This document shows positions 11,077 to 24,038 of a stretch of DNA of 64,000 nt, in pieces (within the stretch, counting starts at the first letter, position 1; each line of letters opens with the position of its first letter). Position numbers and translations under genes: made by a program. Source of the DNA: an uncultured Holophagales bacterium (lineage in GTDB: Bacteria; Acidobacteriota; Thermoanaerobaculia; Multivoradales; UBA5704). Under the pieces are notes generated by a model. That model searched no databases, was not told the origin of the DNA, and was given only the letters and a program-made list of their open reading frames with translations. Location of the stretch: positions 96,001-160,000 of the forward strand of contig CAWJGT010000032.1 of NCBI GenBank assembly GCA_963842525.1, read 5' to 3'.

Positions 11077-13149
11077 ATGGACGTGCAAGCCAAGCGGAAG
11101 AAGGGTCAAATCAATTTTGCGCCGGAGCTCGAAAAACTTGGAGCGGTGCAAAATGATCTCGATGTACGCGACGTCGAGGTCATGAAACCGGAGACACGCG
11201 AGCGGCCCTTCAGCCATCCGGCCTGGATCTTCGAGCTCAAGTACGACGGCTTCCGCGCCCTCGCCGGACGCCGCGGCGGCGAGGCGCGCATCGAGTACCG
11301 CAGCGGGCGCGACGCCACGGTCACCTTTCCCGAAGTCGCGCGCGCCGTGGCGGCGCTGCCGTTCGATCTGATCCTCGACGGCGAGATCGTGGTGCTCGAC
11401 GCCTCCGGCCGGCCGAGCTTTCAGGACCTCCAGCGCCGCGGCCAGCGCACCCGCCGGATCGACTGCGAGCACGCCGCGGCGGCGACGCCCGCCACCTTCT
11501 TCGTCTTCGACCTGCTGGCCCTTGAAGGGTACGATCTGCGTCCGCTGCCGCTGGCGAAGCGCAAGGACCTGCTTCGTCGGGTGCTGGCCGCGAGCCGAGC
11601 GGCTGAGCAGATCCGGAGGATCGACGAAGTGCCGGAGCGTGGAGAGGATCTCTATGCCGCGGTGGCCGAGCTGGGCCTCGAAGGCATCGTGGGCAAGCGC
11701 GCCGACGCGCCATACCGCGCCGGGTATTCGGCCGACTGGGTGAAGGTGCGGGTCGACCAGACGGCCGACTTCGCGGTGCTGGGGTTCGAGCCGGTCCCGC
11801 GGTCGCGCTCCGGCCTGCGCTGCCTGCACCTGGGTGTGCGCGAGGGCGCGGGCTGGGCCTACGTGGGGACGGTGGGCACGGGCTTCAGCAACCAGGAGAC
11901 GACGGAGATCCGCGCCCGCCTGGAGCCGGCCCGGCGTCCGCAGCCTGTCCTCCCAGGCAAGCCTCCCGGCGACCGCAGCGCGGTCTGGGTGGAGCCCGAG
12001 TTGGTCTGCGAGGTCCGCTTCAAGGAGCGGACGCGGGGCGGCCACCTCCGCCAGCCGGTCTTCCTGCGGCTGCGCGACGACAAGACGGTCGAGGAGTGCC
12101 TGCCGCCCCCTCCCCCAACCCCTCCCCCGCACGGCCACCAGCCACCCACCCCGAGCGGGAGAGGGGAGCCCACTCCCGACAGGGCACTGCGGGAGGGTTC
12201 CCGTGATGCATTGAGCCGGGTGGCGGCGCCCCTCTCCCGTTCGGGGCGGAAGAGTGGGGGCCGCACGGGGGAGGGGTCGGGGGAGGGGGTCTCCCTCACC
12301 AACCTCGACAAGGTCTTCTGGCCTGACGAGGGCTACACCAAGGGCGACCTGATCGAGCACTACCGCGCGGTGGCGCCGTGGCTCCTGCCGTACCTGAAGG
12401 ACCGGCCGCTGGTGCTCGACCGTTATCCCAACGGCATCACGGGCAAGTCGTTCTTCCAGAAGAACGCGCCGGAGCTGGCACCTTCGTGGCTGCGCACAAT
12501 CGCGATCGGCTCGATCGACTACTTCCTCTGTGATACCGCGGAGGCGCTCCTCTATCTGGCCAACCTGGGGACGATCCCTCTCCATATCTGGTCGAGCCGG
12601 CTGACGTCGCTCGACCGGCCGGACTGGTGCATCCTGGACCTCGATCCCAAGGGAGCGCCGTTCGAGCACGTGGTGCGGATCGCCCTGGAGATCCGCAGCC
12701 TGTGCGAGGAGATCGAGCTCGAGAGCTTCGTCAAGACGAGCGGCGGCAGCGGGATCCACGTGCTGCTGCCGCTCGGCGGGCAACTCGAGCACGACGCGAC
12801 GCGCCAGCTCGGCGAGCTGCTGGCGCGCGTGATCGTCGACCGGCTGCCGGAGATCGCGACCACGGCGCGGGCCATCCCGGCACGCCGCGGCCGGGTCTAC
12901 ATCGATGCCCTGCAGAACGGGCGCGGCAAGCTCCTCGCCGCACCGTACAGCGTGCGTCCCCGGCCGGGAGCGACCGTTTCGACGCCGCTCTCCTGGAGCG
13001 AGGTCGGCCCGCGGCTCGACATCGGAAGCTTCACCATCCGCACCGTCCCGCAACGGCTGAAGAAGAGGAAGGACGATCCACTGCTGCCGGTCCTGGAGAG
13101 AGTGCCGGACCTGGCGCGGTCGCTGTCGCTGCTGGCGGACCGGGTGTAG
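11077..13149 (+). CDS. ligD: DNA ligase D (ATP-dependent ligase + OB + primase/polymerase domain; no PE domain seen)
   Basis: Ligase motifs WIFELKYDGFR, LDGEIVV, FDLL, EGIVGKRADAPY and HLRQPVFLRLRDDK. Polymerase motifs LTNLDKVFWP..YTKGDL, LDLDP, KTSGGSGIH and APYSVR. The start codon is uncertain. Confidence 0.93.
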   Translation: MDVQAKRKKGQINFAPELEKLGAVQNDLDVRDVEVMKPETRERPFSHPAWIFELKYDGFRALAGRRGGEARIEYRSGRDATVTFPEVARAVAALPFDLILDGEIVVLDASGRPSFQDLQRRGQRTRRIDCEHAAAATPATFFVFDLLALEGYDLRPLPLAKRKDLLRRVLAASRAAEQIRRIDEVPERGEDLYAAVAELGLEGIVGKRADAPYRAGYSADWVKVRVDQTADFAVLGFEPVPRSRSGLRCLHLGVREGAGWAYVGTVGTGFSNQETTEIRARLEPARRPQPVLPGKPPGDRSAVWVEPELVCEVRFKERTRGGHLRQPVFLRLRDDKTVEECLPPPPPTPPPHGHQPPTPSGRGEPTPDRALREGSRDALSRVAAPLSRSGRKSGGRTGEGSGEGVSLTNLDKVFWPDEGYTKGDLIEHYRAVAPWLLPYLKDRPLVLDRYPNGITGKSFFQKNAPELAPSWLRTIAIGSIDYFLCDTAEALLYLANLGTIPLHIWSSRLTSLDRPDWCILDLDPKGAPFEHVVRIALEIRSLCEEIELESFVKTSGGSGIHVLLPLGGQLEHDATRQLGELLARVIVDRLPEIATTARAIPARRGRVYIDALQNGRGKLLAAPYSVRPRPGATVSTPLSWSEVGPRLDIGSFTIRTVPQRLKKRKDDPLLPVLERVPDLARSLSLLADRV
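12106..12289. repeat. palindromic (REP/MITE-like) element inside the ligD linker
   Basis: Outer arms CCCCCTCCCCCAACCCCTCCCCCGCACGGCC / GGCCGCACGGGGGAGGGGTCGGGGGAGGGGG. Inner arms CCCCGAGCGGGAGAGGGG / CCCCTCTCCCGTTCGGGG, which recur at 22791-22938. Confidence 0.8.
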
Positions 13150-13215
13150 ACGACCCTTCTGCAACCGCCTGCCCTGCGCCCTGGTGTGCCGGCCCCCAGA
13201 CCTCTCCAAGCCGCC

Positions 13216-13425
13216 CCTGAAGGCCACGTACCTGCCCCTGGGGGCCAAGTGCTCGCCTTCAGGGGCCAAGTGCTCGCCCCTGAGGTCAAGGTGTTCAACC
13301 CTGAGGTCAAAGTGTTCGACCCTGAGGGCGTCCGGCCTGCCCCTGAGGGCCACATGCTCACCCTCAGAGGCAAGATGCTGACCTCTGAGGGCCATGCGTT
13401 CGACCCTGAGGGCCATACAACGAGT
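13216..13425. repeat. 10 x 21-bp degenerate tandem repeat (consensus approx. CCTGAGGGCCANGTGCTCGCC)
   Basis: Units start every 21 nt at 13216, 13237, 13258, 13279, 13300, 13321, 13342, 13363, 13384 and 13405. Confidence 0.85.
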
Positions 13426-13457
13426 CGCTTGGCGGGAAGGGTGTAGCCGGAACGGAG

Positions 13458-13484
13458 GGCGGCGGACCCGGGAGGTCCGCCGCC
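13458..13484. terminator. GC-rich hairpin between convergent genes
   Basis: GGCGGCGGACC-cggga-GGTCCGCCGCC forms a perfect 11-bp stem with no U-tract. Confidence 0.45.
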
Positions 13485-13496
13485 TCAAGTGGGGGG

Positions 13497-16086
13497 TTAC
13501 GGCACGCAGGCCGTGACGGTCACGTTGTCGAGGAACCAGCCGTCCTCGTTGACCGAGCAGTCGCTGATCGAGGTGAAGCCGATGCGCACCGCCTGGCCGG
13601 CGCAGCCGCCGGTGCCGCCGGTGGCCGCATTGCAGGCCGCGTCGAGGTCGACCGTCGTGGAGGTGAAAGAGGTCGCCACACCGGTGAAGACCGAGATGCC
13701 GCCGGCGCCGGTGGGCGGGCAGGAGGTGCTGGTCGTGCCGTTGTAGGAGGTGCCGGAGAGGATGGCCGAGGACGGCACGAGGAAGTAGTTGGTGCCGTTG
13801 ACCGAGACCGCCAGCGTGCCGCCGTCGAAGCCGCTTTCGAACCGCCGCCGGTGGCCGAACGAGAGCCGCGTGGTGCTGGAGCCGGCCGGGACGGAGATGC
13901 CGCCCGTGCCGTTCGGCTGGGCATAGGTGAAGCGGCTGTTGCCATAGTTGGCAGTGCAGTTATTGCCGCCGAAGCGGAAGATCTTGCTGCCGCTCTGGGC
14001 GGTGCAGGTCTGGATGCCGCGCCAATCGGCGGTGTTGCCACCGCTGACAAAGGAACCCTTCACCCAGTCGGCCATGCCGCTGCCGGTCTCGAAGCCGTTG
14101 GTGTAGAGCGTGGTTGTGGTGCAGGCCGGGCAGGCGCTGGTCGTCGCCGAGGCCTGGCTCGAGTTGGTCGACTCGCAGCCGAGGAACGCGCGGACCACGT
14201 AGAAGTAGCCCGTGTTGCAGGTCAGTCCGGTGTCGGGGAAGGTCGTGCCCGTGGAGGTGCCGACCTGGCTGTACGGGCCGCCCGAGGTGGCGGAGCGGTA
14301 GATGCGGTACTCGGTGGCGCCGGCGACCGCCGACCACGAGAGGTTGATCTGGTTCGGGCCGGCCGCGGTGGCGGACAGGCCGGACGGGGCGGCCGGCGGC
14401 GTGCAGGGGACGCCGTTTTCCTGGACGTTGGCGGTCCAGATCTCTTCATTGCCGCCGCTGCGCCGGTCGGTCCATGACGGCCAGAAGCTGTTGTTGATGC
14501 CGGACAGGCCGTTGTAGTCGCCGTACTGGTTGCCCGAATCGGAGCCGGCGATGGTCTCGTCCGTCTGCGCGCTGGTCACCCGGAACGGTGTGGACCAGGT
14601 CACGCCGTCGTCCTCGGAGATCTGGTAGTAGACGTGGGTCTTCTTGCGGCCCGGATCGTCCACCGTGTCGTAGTAGATGATCGCGATCTTGCCGTTGGTC
14701 TCGTCCACCGCCAGCGCCTGGTTGAACTGGTCGTTGTTGCGAGCTCGGGTTGTTGATCTTGACCGGCGTCGCCCAGGTGGTGCCGCCGTTGGTCGAGCGG
14801 GAGAACCAGATGCGGGTCTTGCAGGTCGAGGCGGCGTTGGAGCCGGGCTCGTTGGCGGCCGCGGTGCAGCCGGTGTCGCCGGAAAGGTCGGTCCAGGCCG
14901 CGTAGACGTTGTCCTTGGTCGCCGGTCTCGTAGGCGCCGCCCGAGACGTAGATCAGGATGCGGCGGTTGTTGAACGACGGCACGCCGATGTCGAAGGAAT
15001 CGAAGGTGGTGCGTGATGATGATCGGCGTGGCGATAGCTGGTGCCGCCGTTGGTCGACTTCGCCATCAGGATGCGGCGGTTGCCCGTGGCCGGCCAGAAG
15101 ACGAAGACGTCGCCGGAGCTGTTGGTCTTGACGTCGCAGCCGATGGCGGTGCCGGTGGTCTCGGTGCCGCTGATCTGGATCGGCGTCGCCCCAGCCCGCC
15201 GGCGGTGCGGCGGTTGACGAACTGCGGCAGCGCCGTTGTGCCAGCAGACGTAGATGCTGGTCCTTGAAAGCCGACGTGGCGCTGTGGTCGACCCACATCA
15301 TCTGCTTGTCGGCGCTCGTCTGGGTGCCCGAGAAGGTGGCGTCGAAGGTCCAGGTGGCGCCGTTGTTGGTGGACAGGTAGGACGCGCATCCTGAGCTGGG
15401 TGCCGGTCGAGTTGATGCCGATGGTGGTCGACCAGGCGGTGCCGTCGGAGGTCCAGTCCACCGTCGGGTCGGAGTGGAAGGCGTCTCCGGTCTGGCAGCG
15501 GCAGGGTGGTCTGGCCCCAGGTGGCGCCGGTGTCGGTGGAGTAGTACTGGGCCTGCTGGCCGCTGCCGCCGATGTTGTTCGAGCCGGCGATGATCTTGGT
15601 CGGGTTCCAGTAGTTGACCCGGATGTCCGACTCGCTGCGGCCGGCTGTCTGGGCGCCGGAGATGCGGATGTTGGTGCCGCCGGTCGTGGCCTCGTCAAAG
15701 ATCGACCGTGCATGCCCGGGGGCGATGTCGGGCTCGGTGATGCCGGGGACGAGGTCCTGGTGGGTGGTCATCCACTCGTGGATCTCCTTGAGGACGAGCG
15801 GATAGCCGCCCGTGGGGTCCAGCCGCGAGTAGGTCAGCTCGGGATGGGCCTTGCGCCACCAGACGCGCAGCCAGAGGGGGACCGGGATCTTGTCCTTCGC
15901 CTCCTCGGCGCGCAGCACCGCGAAGTCCTGGTTGTCCTCGATCAGGCGCTGGAGGGCGCTGTCGGGGACGACCCGGTCTGTCCGGAGTTGCTCGTTCATG
16001 GAGGGCCACCGGACCGGCGGAGCCGCGGACGCCCCGGCGAGAGAGAGCACCGACAGCAGAAGTACGGCAACAACGACGTTTCGCAT
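13497..16086 (-). CDS. secreted sialidase/BNR(Asp-box)-like propeller + FN3 + C-terminal beta-sandwich (multiple frameshifts)
   Basis: Signal MRNVVVAVLLLSVLSLAGASA; Asp-boxes YYSTDTGATW and SEDDGVTW; QYGDYNG; WTDRR; FN3 PPAAPSGLSATAAGPNQINLSW. The pieces lie in alternating frames. Confidence 0.75.
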
Positions 16087-16319
16087 CACTTCCTCTTCCT
16101 CCTCTCCGGATTTCCGGAGATATGAAAACCCCTCACCTGGAGCACCCTGCTCCAGGTGGACTCTGGCTGTCGTCTTTCGCGTTCCGACCCGAGATGAGCC
16201 CCCGAGCTGTGAGGGCACCCAGAAACAAGGTGCTCGAAAGGGAGAAAAGCGAGCCGACCCCATCCCACCCCTCCTCTCCGGCAAGAGGAAAGGAGGGGTG
16301 GGGGGCCCAGGGGTGAGGG

Positions 16320-19575
<3,256 letters not shown>

Positions 19576-19807
19576 TTCAGTGTCTCCTCCTTCGAGAGAG
19601 ACGGGGTAAACGTTTTAAGACGATCATCCATTGCAACAGGGGCTCCTGCAAAGGCAAAAGACCTGCGAATGGTCTGCCGGAAAGGAGGCGGGCCGCGCGA
19701 TCGCCGGCTGCTATACTCGCCGGCCGGCGATGTGCGCAGTTCTTCCTCTTCTTCGAGACTGCTCCCGGGTGTGGCGCAATTCTGGGATTGGGTCACTAAA
19801 CATATCA

Positions 19808-21922
19808 GTGCGTCGGAGGCCAAAACGAGCCGCGGCCGCGTGGGTTTTTTTTGCCGCAGCCTGCGCCGCGTTCCTGGCGGAGGCCGCTCCGGTCCGGCAG
19901 GCCAGACACGCACCGCCGCCGGCCGCCCGCAGCGTGGTCCTGATCACCCTCGACACGACCCGCGCCGACCACCTCGGGGCCTGGGGCTGGCCCCACGCGC
20001 GGACGCCCGTCCTGGACGCCCTGGCCGCGCGCGGCGCCCGCTTCTCGCGCTGCGACACGGCGGCGCCCTTGACCCTGCCGAGCCATGCCACGCTGCTGAC
20101 CGGCCTCTATCCGCCCCGGCATGGAGTGCGGGACAACGGCACCTTCACGCTCGCCGGCCGCTTCGAGACCGTGGCCGAGCGGCTGGCGGCCCGCGGCTGG
20201 GACACTGCCGCCGTGGTCTCGGCCGTGGTCCTGGCGCGCCGGCACGGCCTCGCCCAGGGCTTCCGCCTCTACGACGACGACCTGGGAGCGGGCTATGCCC
20301 AGGGCACCGAGGTCAGCGAGCGCACCGCCGAGGCGGCGACCGATACCGCCCTGGCCGCCGCCGGGAAGCTGCGCGCCCCCTTCTTCCTCTGGGTGCACTA
20401 TTTCGATCCGCACCGGGAGTACCGGCCGCCCAGCCGTTTCGCCGATGCCGCGACCGGGCCGCACCGCCTCTACGACGGCGAGATCGCCTTCATGGACGAG
20501 CAGATCGGCCGCCTCCTGGCGGGCCTGCCCAAGGACGCCGCCGTCGTGGTGGTCGCAGACCATGGCGAGATGCTCGGCGAGCATGGCGAGGAGGAGCACG
20601 GGCTGTTACCCTATGGCGGGGCGCGGCGGGTGCCGCTGCTCCTCGCCGGCCCCGGCATCCCGGGCGGCCGCAGCGTGGACTGCCTGGTGCGGACCGCCGA
20701 CGTCGCGCCCACGCTGCTCACCCTCGCCGGCGGACCGGCCCCCGCGGGGCTCGACGGCGAGGATCTGCTCCCCCTCCTCCATGGCAGAGGAGGCTGCGAC
20801 CGGATGAGCTATAGCGAGGCCTTCCTGCCGTTCTTCTCCTACAAGTGGTACCCACTGCGGGCGCTCTCGACCGACCGCTTCCTCTATGTTCACGGGCCGA
20901 CGGGGAGCCTCTACCAGCTTCCTTCCGATCCCGAGGAGGACGAGGACCTGGCGCCGCAGCAGCCGGCTGCGCTACGGCTCTGGGAGCGGCGGCTGCGCGA
21001 TCTCCTGAAGAAGTCCGGCGAGGACCTTGATGCCGAGGTGCGCGCCGGCGCCGACCTCAGCGCCGGGGAACGGGAGCGGCTGGCGAGCCTCGGCTATCTC
21101 GGCGGATCGTCCGGCGGCGCCGTGGGGAAGGGGCTCCCGGACCCGCGGCGGATGATGGACGTCAAGCGGGCCCTCGACGCGGCCGTGGCGACCGTGCAGC
21201 AGGGGAAGTGCTCCGCGGCCCTGCCGGCGCTCCAGGACGTCGTCCGCCGCGACCCGCGCAACGTTCCTGCCCTCAACCTGGCGGGTTTCTGCCTGAAGCA
21301 GGCCGGGCGGCACGAATCGGCGCTCGCCCTGTACCAGCGGGCGGAGCGGGAGAACGGGAGGTCGGCCACCCCGGTGGCCGGCGCCGCGGACTGCCTGCTG
21401 GCCCTGGGACGGCGGCAGGAGGCGGAGGCGGAGTACCGCCGCGCCCTGGAGCTCGATCCGACCCTGGGAGAGGCGGCGGTGAGCCTGGCGCGCCTGCTGC
21501 GCGGGCGGGGGGACCGGGCGGGAGCCTTGCGGATCCTCGACGCTTCGGTCGAGGCCGGGAGCCACACCGCCGAGGTTTATCTGACGCGCGGGGGGGTCCA
21601 GGCCGAGAGCGGCCGGCTGGCCGAGGCGCTGCGCGACTTCCGCGAGGCCGCGCGGCGGAGCCCCCTCGACCCCTCACCCCTGGAGAGCGCGGCCCAGGCC
21701 GCCTTCCAGCTCGGCCGGCACCAGGAGGCCGTGCAGCTCTACGAGCAGCTCCTGCGCCTCCAGCCGAACCGGCTGGACGCCTGGAAGACGGCGGGCGCGA
21801 TCTATTACGAGACGCTGGACGACCGTCCCAACGCCCTGCGCTGCTTCCGCCGTGCCCTCACCCTGGAGATCGATCCGCGCGAGCGGGACCAGCTCGCGGA
21901 CCTCATCCGCGAGCTGGAGTAG
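19808..21922 (+). CDS. sulfatase-like hydrolase/transferase + TPR
   Basis: VVLITLDTTRADHLG, APLTLPSHATLLTGLYP, FFLWVHYFDPH, VADHGE and C-terminal TPRs. The start is uncertain. Confidence 0.88.
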   Translation: MRRRPKRAAAAWVFFAAACAAFLAEAAPVRQARHAPPPAARSVVLITLDTTRADHLGAWGWPHARTPVLDALAARGARFSRCDTAAPLTLPSHATLLTGLYPPRHGVRDNGTFTLAGRFETVAERLAARGWDTAAVVSAVVLARRHGLAQGFRLYDDDLGAGYAQGTEVSERTAEAATDTALAAAGKLRAPFFLWVHYFDPHREYRPPSRFADAATGPHRLYDGEIAFMDEQIGRLLAGLPKDAAVVVVADHGEMLGEHGEEEHGLLPYGGARRVPLLLAGPGIPGGRSVDCLVRTADVAPTLLTLAGGPAPAGLDGEDLLPLLHGRGGCDRMSYSEAFLPFFSYKWYPLRALSTDRFLYVHGPTGSLYQLPSDPEEDEDLAPQQPAALRLWERRLRDLLKKSGEDLDAEVRAGADLSAGERERLASLGYLGGSSGGAVGKGLPDPRRMMDVKRALDAAVATVQQGKCSAALPALQDVVRRDPRNVPALNLAGFCLKQAGRHESALALYQRAERENGRSATPVAGAADCLLALGRRQEAEAEYRRALELDPTLGEAAVSLARLLRGRGDRAGALRILDASVEAGSHTAEVYLTRGGVQAESGRLAEALRDFREAARRSPLDPSPLESAAQAAFQLGRHQEAVQLYEQLLRLQPNRLDAWKTAGAIYYETLDDRPNALRCFRRALTLEIDPRERDQLADLIRELE

Positions 21923-22042
21923 GGGCCGGGCTTGCCGGAACGGCCGAGACGCAACACAATACGGGGCGTCTTTTTTGAAAAGCTCATCCCTTGACTCCGC
22001 CCGCACGGGCCAGAGGGGGCGGCTTGGAGACGGAGGGCCGTT

Positions 22043-22786
22043 TTGCTGAGAGAGTTTCTGCGGAAGGTGGCGCTCTTCCAGGAGCTCCCGGAAGACCAGC
22101 TCCAGCGGCTGGAGGCGATGGCTCGCGAGGAGTCGCTCCCGCCGAAGCAGATCGTCTACCGGGAGGGTGACCCGGTCGATGCCTTCTATCTGGTCCGGGA
22201 GGGGCTGGTGACCGTCTTCCGGGAGGAGAAGGGCAAGCCGATGGAGGTGCTGGCGCGCCTGGAGGCCGGCGGCTTCTTCGGTGAGATGGGGCTGCTCAAC
22301 GACAAGGCGCGGCGGATCGCCTCGGCGCGCACCGCCCTGCCCACGGTCCTGCTGCGCATCGACCGGGGCGACCTGATCACCCTTTTGGCGGACAACCCCA
22401 TGGTGGAGCTCAAGTTCCGTGCCGAGGTGATCCGCCGGCACGGGATGAGCGTTTCCGCCCTGCTGGGGCTCGCCGGGCAGCGGGACGTGCGCATCCACCT
22501 GGGAGCCGACGCCGAGATCACGCTCGACGACGGCACCGTGCTCCCGGTCCAACTGGAGAACGTCTCGCTCGGGGGCATCGGCATCTCCGGAGCGCCGGAC
22601 GCCTGGGAAACGCAGCAGCCGGTCCGCTTCACCCTGGGGCTCCCGGGCGAGCCCCCCCTCCTGCGGGTGATCGGGACCATCACCTGGCTGGAAGGCACCT
22701 ACGCGGGCATCGCCTTCGGACCCGACACCGCCGGCGACGCCCACCTGATCCACCAGGTCGTGCGGCGGTTCCTGCGGAGGAAATGA
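22043..22786 (+). CDS. cyclic-nucleotide-binding domain + PilZ domain protein
   Basis: LRKVALFQEL..YREGDPVDAFYLVREG..FFGEMGLL..RIASARTA is the cNMP domain. QRDVR..LENVSLGG..GTITW..AGIAF is the PilZ domain. Confidence 0.85.
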   Translation: MLREFLRKVALFQELPEDQLQRLEAMAREESLPPKQIVYREGDPVDAFYLVREGLVTVFREEKGKPMEVLARLEAGGFFGEMGLLNDKARRIASARTALPTVLLRIDRGDLITLLADNPMVELKFRAEVIRRHGMSVSALLGLAGQRDVRIHLGADAEITLDDGTVLPVQLENVSLGGIGISGAPDAWETQQPVRFTLGLPGEPPLLRVIGTITWLEGTYAGIAFGPDTAGDAHLIHQVVRRFLRRK

Positions 22787-22790
22787 CGGG

Positions 22791-22938
22791 GCCCCTCCCC
22801 TGCCCCCTCCCCCGCGCGGCCACCACCCTTCCACCCCGAGCGGGAGAGGGGCGCCACCACCCAGCCGATTTTTCTCCCCCTCTCCCGTTCGGGGAGGGGG
22901 GTGGTGGACGCAAGGGAGAGGGAGTAGGGGGAGAGGGC
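22791..22938. repeat. intergenic palindromic element, same family as the one in ligD
   Basis: Contains the identical cores CCCCGAGCGGGAGAGGGG and CCCCTCTCCCGTTCGGGG, with C-rich and G-rich outer arms. Confidence 0.8.
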
Positions 22939-22945
22939 TCTCTCC

Positions 22946-23050
22946 TCACCCTTCCGGTGCGATCGCCACCTCGACGCGCTGGCCGAGCTTGAGCGGCGTA
23001 GGCCCGGCGAGGGCGAACCTGACCCGCAGGACGCGGGTGCCCGCCGGGTC
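22946..23050 (-). pseudogene. C-terminal stub resembling HlyD/efflux adaptor end
   Basis: Hand translation gives DPAGTRVLRVRFALAGPTPLKLGQRVEVAIAPEG*, with no N-terminal part present. Confidence 0.35.
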
Positions 23051-23126
23051 GCCGGCCTCCCGTGCTCGCCGGCATTGGTGAAACGGGTGAGCCGAATCTC
23101 CCTGGGAAGGTCTCACAACGACGGCG

Positions 23127-23548
23127 CTACAGGTGGCTGAGAAAACCTTCTACGCCCCATATTTCCACGCCATGCTCGGCCATCTCTCGCGCAGTCGATC
23201 ATCTGCTCGAAGATCGGAGTCTCCGGAGACGATGGCGTCAACACGGCCATCGATGGCGGTCGCCAGTACAGGTTCATCCTTGAAGTCCCGGCAGCGGGGC
23301 GGAGTCGTGGTGACCACCACCTGTTCCCCCCGGAAACGCAGTTGCCGCAGGAGCTTGCGCACCCTCTCGTGCGGGATTCGCTTCCTCAGCCGTGGGCGGT
23401 GCGAGACTTCCTCAAGCTCGTCAAGGAGAGGTTGACTGATGACGACTCGAAACCTCCCGGATCGCCAAGCCTCAAGAATCGGTAGAGTGAACGGGCCAGC
23501 CAGCAGTATTCGAATCCAGATGTTGGTGTCGATCACGACCCTCTTCAT
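23127..23548 (-). CDS. PIN-domain toxin (putative TA toxin; probable frameshift near C-terminus)
   Basis: MKRVVIDTNIWI..CRDFKDEPVLATAIDGRVDAIVSGDSDL. The shifted frame ends EMAEHGVEIWGVEGFLSHL*. Confidence 0.85.
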
Positions 23549-23796
23549 CGAGCTCTCGACTGGCGCACCGCTCGCACCTCGGCTTGGATCTCGGCGTCGG
23601 TGATGTCGTCGGCCGGTGACGTTTCTGAAAGCTCCAGCAAGAGGTGGCGCAACTCGTCGTCCATCTTCGACTCGAGAAGGACCCGGGCGATCAACGCGCG
23701 ACCCGGTTCGTCGAGCTGCCGGATGACCGCCAGTAATTGGTCGAAGCTCATCTTTACGTTTGGGACGGTAATCTCGACCGCAGCCTGGCCAGACAT
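23545..23796 (-). CDS. putative antitoxin of the PIN toxin
   Basis: 83 aa, its stop overlaps the toxin ATG (ATGA), and it ends in the antitoxin-like ITDAEIQAEVRAVR. Confidence 0.7.
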   Translation of the reverse strand: MSGQAAVEITVPNVKMSFDQLLAVIRQLDEPGRALIARVLLESKMDDELRHLLLELSETSPADDITDAEIQAEVRAVRQSRAR

Positions 23797-24038
23797 GTCT
23801 AAGTCCTCCTCATTGCTGAGATGGGCGTGCCTCTGACAGACGCCCGGAGGAGTCCGGTGCTCCCCTGGCCGGGCCAGCCCGGCAGAATTATACCGCCTGC
23901 TGTCGCGGAATCGCACCCGCCTGGACCAAGTGCCAGGGCGAACCCCTTGGGGTGCGCAGCGGCAGGCGTTGAAAGACCTCCCGCCGACGGCTTCCCCTGC
24001 CGGGGTGTAAACCGTCGGGGAAGCCACGCGCGCAATCG

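Noticed and set aside
13216-13425. 21-bp array as CRISPR
   Set aside because: It consists of contiguous degenerate units with no repeat-spacer alternation.
10159-13488. 1109-aa ORF suggesting a giant Ku fusion overlapping ligD
   Set aside because: The first ~810 aa are the stop-free antisense shadow of GC-rich ligD.
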